DNA from: an uncultured Nitrososphaeraceae archaeon
GTDB taxonomy: Archaea; Thermoproteota; Nitrososphaeria; Nitrososphaerales; Nitrososphaeraceae
Length of the DNA stretch: 64,000 nucleotides
NCBI GenBank assembly: GCA_963825865.1
Contig: CAWGVG010000021.1
Location: 96,001 to 160,000 of the forward strand
Direction: 5' to 3'
Notes under the pieces: model-generated
Databases searched by the model: none
What the model saw: only the letters and a program-made list of their open reading frames with translations
Told to the model about the DNA's origin: nothing
Position numbers and translations under genes: made by a program
Part shown: positions 55,872 through 64,000 of the stretch, in pieces
Layout of the letters: every line of letters begins with the position of its first letter
Numbering within the stretch: position 1 is the first letter of the stretch

Positions 55872-56731
55872 ACTTTGTTCAATTCGATAATCTTTGCCGT
55901 TATTTTTTCTATATCTATACTATCTTTTATCGCCTTTGCAAGAAGGTCGATCTGCCCATCCCATGATTCTTTTGGAAGATCAGATTTATTGGAATTTTTA
56001 CCATTAACAGAATCCTCGTCGGGTAAATTAAAGTCAACTTTTGGTATTACCCCTAAAATTTTTTTTCTAGTTATTTTTTCAACCGATTTTATTGCTGGTT
56101 CCAAAAGTGATCTATCACCACGGAATTTGTTTATGAGAAAACCTATCACCAAATTCCTATGAACCGGCTTTAATAATTTCATAGTGCCGACCATACTTGC
56201 AAAACAACCTCCTCTTTCAATATCTGAAGAAATTATTACTGGTGCACCTACTTTCTCAGCAAGTAACATGTTTGCTACATCATATTTTGAAATATTGATT
56301 TCAGCAGGAGAGCCTGCACCTTCTATCACGACAACATCATTTTCTTTTCTCAGGCTGGCAAGAGCCTTTAAAATAAGTGGGAAACCTTTTTGCAAAATGA
56401 AGCTTTTGTAATATTCTTTTGCATGTATTTCAGAATGAAATTTACCATCCAAAATAACGCTGCTTCGATAGTCTCCAAGTGGCTTTAATAAAATAGGATT
56501 CATTCGTATATCTGGTTCTTTTCTTGAAGCAACTGCCTGAACAGCCTGTGCCCGGGCCATCTTATCTGACGTATCAGTAATAATATAGATATTTGAAGAC
56601 ATGTTTTGAGCCTTGAATGGGGCTACACGATATCCATTGTCGCTGAAAATTCTACAGAATGCAGTAACAATGGTACTCTTACCTGCTCCAGACGAAGTTC
56701 CCTGAACCATAATCACTTTTGCCATTGTCAT
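55868..56731 (-). CDS. cobQ: cobyric acid synthase, N-terminal synthetase domain only
   Basis: QGTSSGAGKS, PFKAQNMS, NPILLKP, EGAGSPAEIN, INKFRGD, LPDEDS. Confidence 0.9.
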   Translation of the reverse strand: MTMAKVIMVQGTSSGAGKSTIVTAFCRIFSDNGYRVAPFKAQNMSSNIYIITDTSDKMARAQAVQAVASRKEPDIRMNPILLKPLGDYRSSVILDGKFHSEIHAKEYYKSFILQKGFPLILKALASLRKENDVVVIEGAGSPAEINISKYDVANMLLAEKVGAPVIISSDIERGGCFASMVGTMKLLKPVHRNLVIGFLINKFRGDRSLLEPAIKSVEKITRKKILGVIPKVDFNLPDEDSVNGKNSNKSDLPKESWDGQIDLLAKAIKDSIDIEKITAKIIELNKV

Positions 56732-57862
56732 CTAGCATCAATCGACTCCAGAGCTTCAAGTAGAAGCAAATTTTCCCTATGAGTTTTTACCGCTACACGA
56801 ATATATTCAGAATTCATACCAGTAAAAGTACCTACAGTCTCTAACAAGTACTCCACTTCTCGTCAAGATAGAATCTCTCATTTTTGTAGAGTTTTTATTT
56901 TTTAAATGAATCAAAAAATAGTTTACATCAGATTTACAAGGAGCAAAAGATTGCATTTTTCGCTCTATCTTATACTGCATAAACTTCCGTTCCTTTTTGA
57001 TCATTGCTCTTGCTTTTGTTAGATGTTTTAGATCTTTCAAGGCAATAATTCCGGCCATTTGCGCCAGTCCATTTACATTCCAAGGTATTCGATTAGCAGA
57101 TAGCTGTTTGGCAAGTTTTGGGTTGCTTATACTATAGCCAACTCTTAGACCGGCAAGACCAAAAGATTTTGTCAATGATCGCAAAATTACCAGATTATCA
57201 AATTCCTTTATTTTATTAATCATTGAATGCTGACTATGATGTTCATCATAATCATCATCATCAATAAATTCAATAAAACATTCATCAATTAGAATTTTCG
57301 TGGAACTATCGATATTTTCGATTATTTTTTTAATCGATTTAACTGAAAACAATCCAGTAGGATTATTTGGATTACATAGAAATACAGCATCAAGATTTTT
57401 TGTTTTTTCTACAATAAGTTCAGCATCTAAAGTTAAATTCTTCAGAGGAATGAATAAAATGTCAGCACCTCTTCTTTTCGACGCAAGCTCATACTCACAG
57501 AAAGTTGGAGCAGGGATGATTACCTTATTCCGCACAAATGCTCGAGCAAAGTCATGAATTATTTCGGATGAGCCATTTCCTACAGTAATGCACTCTAAAC
57601 CTAAACCAATATCCAAATAATTCAGTAGGCTTTTTTTTAAATCGATGCATTCAGGATCAGGGTATAATGAAGAAAGTCTAGCTGCATTTTTCTGAATTGA
57701 TTTGAGAGCCATTTTAGAAATTCCAAGAGGATTAACATTGGAACTAAAATCAACTTTGACTAAGCTAGGATTAACCGAATAGACGCCACCATGGGAGCAG
57801 TATGCATTTGATAATATAATTCCTCCCCCATCATTTATGTTGCCTGCTTTTGCATCTACCAT
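56728..57862 (-). CDS. cobD: threonine-phosphate decarboxylase (frameshift near the C-terminus)
   Basis: HGG, DFSSNVNPLG, YPDP, CNPNNPTG, DECFIEF, RSLTKSFGLAGLRVGY; cob operon context. Confidence 0.88.
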
Positions 57863-57981
57863 TATTCCAACTTACACGGAAGCTATATTTAGAATATATT
57901 CTTCACTTTGTGTCAAATTATACAATTTTGATATTGTGTGGCTGAAACGAATATTAATTACATGACAACTAATGCCATCCT

Positions 57982-59079
57982 GTGTTAAAAGTTGCGCTTA
58001 TTGGAGCCACGGGTGCTGTCGGGCAAGAATTTGTTGTAGCTCTGAATAAACATCCATGGTTTGAATTAACCCAGATTGCATCATCTCAGAGATCTGTAGG
58101 CAAAAAATATGTTGAAGCTCTACATGATCCAACTTCTGGCATCATAAAATGGCATAATAAAGAACAAATTCCGGAATACGTAAGCGACATGATCGTTAGT
58201 AAGGTCCAAGACATAGATGGAAAAAAATTCGATCTAATATTCACTGCCCTAGAATCAGATGACGCCAAAATAATTGAGCCTAACTTTGCACGATCACTAC
58301 CAGTAATAAGTACCGCTGCCGCTTTTAGATACGAAAATGATGTTCCAATATTGATTCCAGGTGTAAATGACAATCACGCAGAATTACTGAACGTTCAGAG
58401 AAAGAATAGAAGCTGGAAAGGCTTCATTGCTCCGCTACCAAATTGTACTACAACGGGTCTGGCTATCACCCTAAAGCCAATCATGGACAAGTTTGGAATT
58501 GAAAATGTTTTCATGACATCGATGCAGGCAATATCAGGCGCTGGAAGGTCTCCTGGTGTTATTGCCCTCGATATTATGGATAATATCATCCCATATATTC
58601 CAAAAGAAGAGGAAAAAGTTCAGGTGGAGATAAAAAAGATTCTAGGTGATTTGAATGCTAAGACGATTGTTCCTACTCCAATCAAAGTAAGCTGTACATG
58701 TACCAGAGTTCCAGTTTTAGACGGCCATACAGAATCTGTATTCGTCGCAACTAAAAAGCCAACTGAACCAGAGAAAGTAAAGGATGAAATGTTAAAGTTC
58801 TCAAAATCTGTAACAGTCAAAAAATTGCCTACAGCTCCACAAGACTATATCATTGTCCACGATGACCCAGCAAGACCACAACCACGTATAGACAGGGAGA
58901 TTAACGACGGCATGACAACAGTTGTAGGCAGATTAAGAAAAGATACTGTTTTTGATAATGGTATAAAATATGTCTTGTTATCACACAATGAAAAAATGGG
59001 TTCTGCAAAGGGTGCAGTATTACTTGCAGAATTATTGAAGGAAAAAGAGACTCCTTTAGCCCTTTTTTATTATTCTTAA
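57982..59079 (+). CDS. asd: aspartate-semialdehyde dehydrogenase
   Basis: GATGAVGQ, PNCTT, QAISGAG, CTRVPVLDGH, RPQPR. Confidence 0.95.
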   Translation: MLKVALIGATGAVGQEFVVALNKHPWFELTQIASSQRSVGKKYVEALHDPTSGIIKWHNKEQIPEYVSDMIVSKVQDIDGKKFDLIFTALESDDAKIIEPNFARSLPVISTAAAFRYENDVPILIPGVNDNHAELLNVQRKNRSWKGFIAPLPNCTTTGLAITLKPIMDKFGIENVFMTSMQAISGAGRSPGVIALDIMDNIIPYIPKEEEKVQVEIKKILGDLNAKTIVPTPIKVSCTCTRVPVLDGHTESVFVATKKPTEPEKVKDEMLKFSKSVTVKKLPTAPQDYIIVHDDPARPQPRIDREINDGMTTVVGRLRKDTVFDNGIKYVLLSHNEKMGSAKGAVLLAELLKEKETPLALFYYS

Positions 59080-59148
59080 AAAAGTTCAACTAAATTTGAA
59101 ATTAATACGTTTATTAATCCCTAAATTAAAGATATAACGGGTTATTAA

Positions 59149-59613
59149 ATGGGAAGAATCGACGATTTAGATCTAAAGATTTTGAGTGAACTTGCCAATG
59201 ATGCAAGTATCTCTGTACCAAAACTTTCAAAAAAGATTAACGTGAATGCGTCGGTTGTTTACAGTAGAATAAAACGACTTATAAAGAGAGGTCTTATCAA
59301 GAAATTTACGATTGTAATTAATGACGAAGCTCTTGGTTTCAATGTAAAAGCCCTTACAGGAATCAACATGGATTCTAAATTGAGAGATAATGTTCTCAAC
59401 GAACTATTCAAAATACCAGAAGTCCGTGAAGTTTCAGAAGTGACAGGGAGATTTGATGTTCTGGTAACAATGAATGCACGCTCTCTTGATGAAATGCACC
59501 AGTTGATCTCTGAAAAAATAGGTCATGCCGAGGGGGTTCAAAAGACAGAAACCTTTATCGAAATGAGAAAGACAGTCCGTGAAGTAATCTATCCGACCTC
59601 TATATCCAAGTAA
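59149..59613 (+). CDS. Lrp/AsnC family regulator
   Basis: IDDLDLKIL..L..DA HTH; EVTGRFD RAM domain. Confidence 0.92.
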   Translation: MGRIDDLDLKILSELANDASISVPKLSKKINVNASVVYSRIKRLIKRGLIKKFTIVINDEALGFNVKALTGINMDSKLRDNVLNELFKIPEVREVSEVTGRFDVLVTMNARSLDEMHQLISEKIGHAEGVQKTETFIEMRKTVREVIYPTSISK

Positions 59614-59701
59614 CCTCTTTCGTTGATTTACCTTTGAAGACATAAATATGTAGATATTGTCTTTTATAACGGATTAAAAAGAAAGAGTTGATATTCACAT
59701 C

Positions 59702-60593
59702 TTGATCCCACAGTTGACAGTAGGCAACCGGGTCAAAAATTATTATGAACTTACAAAACCAAAGATATGGTATTTGCTAGTTTTTACAAGTTTTGGTGCG
59801 GCGTTAACAGCGTCTTTGTTATTTCATATTTCCATTAAACCTTTGACTTGGCTGTTGCTTGTTGGCGGAGTAGCTGCAGGTTCAGCAGCTGCCTGACACA
59901 CTTACAGGCTACAATGATCGTGATATTGATGCGATTATGGACAGGACCAGAGGAAGACCCATTCCATCAGGAAGAATTTCCCCAAAGAATGCATTAGCAT
60001 TTGGTTTAATCTTGGCAGCAATCTCGTTGGTATTTGCATGGTTTATCAATATCTGGGCTATTGCTCTGATGGCCTTTGGATTGTTCGATAACATCATAAT
60101 ATATAGCAAATGGTTGAAGAGAAGGAGCCAAACTAATATCATTTTAGGCGGGTTCTCAGGTGGTGCTCCTGCATTAATAGGATATGTTGCAGTAACAACG
60201 CAAAATATTGAAATTGGTCTAGTTATGGCAGGTCTGGTTTTCTTGTGGATTCCAACCCACATCTGGAGTCTTGCCTTGCATGTTAAAAAGGATTATACAA
60301 GGGCGGGCATTCCAATGCTACCAGTAGTTTCTAGTGAACAGAAATCAGTTCGAGTAATTGCAGGAACAACTTTGATGATGGTTGTATTCAGTATTCTTCC
60401 ATTTTTCTTCAACCAATTTGGATTAATATATTTGATTACTGCAACTGTTTTCGGTGTAGCGATGGTAGCTTTATCTATATGGTTGTTAGTAAAGCCCAGT
60501 GAGAAAGCGTCTTGGACGGTATTCAAATTCTCTAGCCCATATTTGACTGCACTCTTTATTGCGTTTATAATCGATGCAATATTTCATCATTAA
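59702..60593 (+). CDS. ctaB: protoheme IX farnesyltransferase (frameshift near 59893)
   Basis: ELTKPKI, DRDIDAIMDRTRGRPIPSG, LKRR...NI.LGG, WIPTHIW.L, DY.RAGIPMLP. Confidence 0.93.
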
Positions 60594-60594
60594 T

Positions 60595-62822
60595 TGTTGT
60601 ACTACTACACAGATGGGTAACAATTTTGATTACCTACATAGGTTACACTTTCTTGCTTCCTTTTTGTATATGTCTTAGATTTAATTAAACCTTTGTACAA
60701 ACCTTTCAGAAGGAGTAAGACCATTTATTCCACCATGTTCCCTAGTTTCATTATATGCTTTGACAAACATATCATACCTTAGTATTTCCATCATCAATAC
60801 TTGTTATTTCTTCAACTGTCAAGAACTCATTCTTTGACAATCTTGTTATATGCTTCTATCTTTCCTTGTAACTGTGGATATGAATTTGGAATTGGTTTAT
60901 CCTTTATGTTATTACTTATATAGAAAGTGTTTGAATAGTTTAGATGTAAACTGCTTACCGTTGTCATGCATAACTTTCCTGGGCTTTCCGTTATCCATAA
61001 TCCACTCCTCTAGTACATTCAAAAACATCAATGCTCCTCTTTCTTTCAGACCACTTGCTAGCAACTTTTCTTGAACAGTCATCTATACAGCTTATCATGT
61101 AATTTCTTGTGCTAGAACAGCGTACGTAAAATGGTCCAAGTATATCCATTTGAAGCATGTCATTTGGATGTTTCATTGCAAATCGCTTATACTTTCTATT
61201 ATTCTTTACCTTACAGTTTAGAACGTTGAGAGTTATGTTTATTTCAATGTCTTGTATATGGTTCTACTGCTCAATGATACTCCAAGTCTTTTTAATCTGA
61301 ACCTGATTCTAACTACACCAAAGGTCTTTAATCTTAAATCTAAGTATTGTTTCTTCTATTTCTTTAGATACTTGACGATTGGACATAAATCCAGCTCTAT
61401 TATTTTGCAAATATATATTGATGAATTAGGCTAAAGCTATCCTTTGGATGTCTGAATTTGTGATGACATATAATAAAACATCCTCAAAGGACAGCACATG
61501 ATAGTTCAGAATCCATCCTTATTGGTATTCTGTATTTGATAGGCTTGATACCATGGCCAGAATCACAAAAGATGAAAAAAAGAGGTAGACCATACGTCTA
61601 TTCTTCTACTGTCATACTACGATGTTTCATAGTCAGATTGTGGTTTAGAATGGATTCTAACAACGCATTACATGAATTCCTAGGAATGGATTACCCTTAC
61701 AATAAGAAGATAATGAAAAGATGTGGTCTTACCCAAATACCAGATAGACGAACATTTGACAGACGTCTTAAGACCATATCCATAGACATCAAGGAAAGGA
61801 TTGCTACTATGACTAGTCTATTAGTAAATGGGAAGATAATAGACCCTTATATTGTTGCAATAGATAGTACATTGCTCAAAGCCAGAGGACATGTTTGGCA
61901 CAAATCATCTATGGATAAAGGAATAATACCACGTTCAGGTATAGATACAGATGCCAGGTGGGGATTCAGTCATACCAGAGGTTGGATATTTGGTTACAAA
62001 CTACATTTGATATCAAGTACTGGTTCTACCATAGTACCTTTTGCAGCAGATTTTACAACTGCTAATGTACAGGATAATCAAATGTACAATCCTATGATAT
62101 CATCATCATCATCATCTCTGTTCCTAGAAACATGTTTCATGATAGGTGATTCTGGGTATGACGACAATAAACTATATGATTTGAGTACCTAAAAGAGGAT
62201 TTGAACTGGTATGTCCAGTACAAAGGTACAAAAATACCCCAAAGAATAGACTAGAGCTGATACAATTCTATGAATCTGAGTTAGGACAGGCTATTTACTC
62301 TTGGAGAAGTAAATCGTATAAATATAGATAGAACATATTAAATCTATTTTTAGAATAGACCCATTACCGGTAAGAGGCTATCAGAAGGCTGCTTGAATAG
62401 TACTTCTGTCAGTACTACTGTATCAGATCCTTGTCTACTACAATTATAAAACCAGACCTAGTCAACGACCAAAATCAATCAAACACATGTTATGTAGTTA
62501 ATGCAACACTAAATGATAGATGAAAAATATAGAAATGAATTATGCCCATGTCTCAGATACTTTGGTTTTGATGCTATGAGGCCTTCTAGATAGGTCTTTC
62601 AACCCGTCTATTCCGTGCTCTATGTATCTATTTTTCCACTTGTAATATGTCTTCCTAGATATTTCGTATTTATTGCAAATATCGCTAATACTATTACCAG
62701 TCCATTCATGTTCATGAATGAGATTGAATTTTGTTCTAATTTCTATAGAGATTTCCACTTCCTAGCAGAAGTGTTACCTATGTCTGTAAGCTATATTGTT
62801 ACCTATGTTTGTAAGTACAACA
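60595..62822 (-). mobile_element. IS481-like element (~1040 bp once the nested IS is removed), transposase disrupted
   Basis: Ends TGTTGTACT / AGTACAACA with repeated internal boxes (TGTTACCTATGT.TGTAAG); 6-bp duplication ATTAAT; HTH ISRKTYYKWKNRY...LSRRPH and rve core MLQMDI...IDDCSR. Confidence 0.88.
61374..62554 (+). mobile_element. nested copy of the 1181-bp DDE IS
   Basis: Nearly identical to 13966-15146; 8-bp duplication AGATACTT (61366-61373, 62555-62562). Confidence 0.95.
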
Positions 62823-62823
62823 A

Positions 62824-63545
62824 TTAATAACTCAAAGACAAAGCTTTCTCGCATTCATAAAGTATCCTTGCGATAACAACATGTGCCTCTAATCCAGATT
62901 TTCCAATAGAACATAAACAAGTGAATAACTTACTTATATTGTCAGAGAAATGACCTTTTGGAAATCCACCTATCACAAATGCACAATGGGGATTATTATT
63001 TTGAGCAATATTTTTTGAAACTACTTCTTCAAACGTATGTTGAGCTCCCAGAGTAGAAAGGCCTATCAATTTATTAGGCTTGACTATATTCTTTATCAGG
63101 CTTTCGAACGTAACATTATCATATATTTTTAAAAGAACATTATTATTATTACCTTCCACATTTTTTATAACTCCATCTTTAAACAAATTCATCATTAAAC
63201 CTTCGAAACGAAAATATGATTTTGGTATTCGTAAATTTTCACCAATAAAAATTACTTTATTATTTATGGTGGAGACGTACACTTTTAGTATGCCTTTGAA
63301 AAATAAAGGTGTCGATAATGCCTCCATCAAGGCAAAATGGGTTATATCTGGCCTGCCTCGTTTCCATTCTGATTTCAATCTACATTGTATCATTCAGCAT
63401 GATGGTAACTTCTATCTAGCAGAATTTCTGTGGGCTTTTTGCCAGACTTATGAGCATGTTTTTTGACTGAGGAATGGTGCATAATTTCATTTGGTACAGT
63501 TTCCAACGCAGCCTCAGCGATTACTAACGATACTAGCGGTAGCAA
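62824..63545 (-). CDS. nep1: 16S rRNA pseudouridine methyltransferase Nep1/Emg1 (frameshift near 63395)
   Basis: LVIAEAALETVP, LLDRSYHH, RGRPDITH, RIPKSYFRFEGL, IGGFPKGHF. Confidence 0.92.
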
Positions 63546-64000
63546 TGTGTACAGTAAGTATCTGTGCTTTATTTAGATAGCATATAAGGACAATAGTGCC
63601 TACTTTGTAAGTATTTTAGCCTTTTTTGCAAATACTGTACTAAATTAGTATGTCCTTGACATTAAATTTTCTGTGTTATCAGTGCATAAGATGGATGCAC
63701 TAATATAATCTTAAAAGAAGTTGTGAATAATTTATGAACAAGCATAGAGGAGTTTACCAATTTACTAGTAGGTTGTTTGAAGATTATACGTGGTTTATGA
63801 TATGCTTTTGGGTTAAGAAAGGTTTTGAATACGTTAGTGAATGGCATTATGAACTTATGACACAATTTTAAAACTCCGGAGAGTATAAATAAGAATTTAT
63901 AGTGTGTAGAATACAAAACCCCCTCTCTCCTTTTGTAGCTCCAATTCTTTTAAAGAACGGTAAAAGAATCAATCAAAGGACAATGAGCCTATTTCAAAAT

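Noticed and set aside
1756-63545. Frameshifts in fen, thyX, acs, rpl37ae, amt, cobD, ctaB and nep1 as mass pseudogenisation or programmed recoding
   Set aside because: They are single-base indels in essential genes. The two near-identical IS copies shift at different places (extra A near 14820, extra C near 62188), which fits uncorrected long-read errors.
63662-63916. 84-aa ORF at the window end
   Set aside because: No motif is recognisable and the context is cut off, so it cannot be supported.

Overview
AT-rich archaeal chromosomal window whose gene content (CdvA-like, PEFG-CTERM, long ThyX, Amt, short CobQ, exosome superoperon) points to an ammonia-oxidising thaumarchaeon of the soil Nitrososphaerales type. 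The core genes are fen, thyX, acs, xpf, the SBDS-rrp4-rrp41-rrp42-rpl37ae-pcc1-pfdB cluster, amt, rpoD-rpl18e-rpl13-rps9, csl4, cobS-cbiB-cobQ-cobD, asd, an Lrp regulator, ctaB, nep1, and a tRNA-Ser(CGA) with two introns. Many essential genes carry single-base frameshifts, most likely assembly indel errors. The main accessory feature is a ~12 kb integrated element (~35950-47883). It encodes a tyrosine recombinase, an RHH protein, a truncated MCM-type helicase, two copies of a gp32-like ssDNA-binding gene each followed by a secreted-peptide gene, three clusters of 9-bp-period GGCCA repeats, a hairpin array and many small ORFs. There are also four IS types, including an IS nested in an IS481-like element that sits exactly on the shared stop codons of ctaB and nep1. 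Smaller features are a GC-rich foreign aldo/keto-reductase fragment and decayed PolX and PolB genes. All calls come from reading the sequence; no database searches were run.
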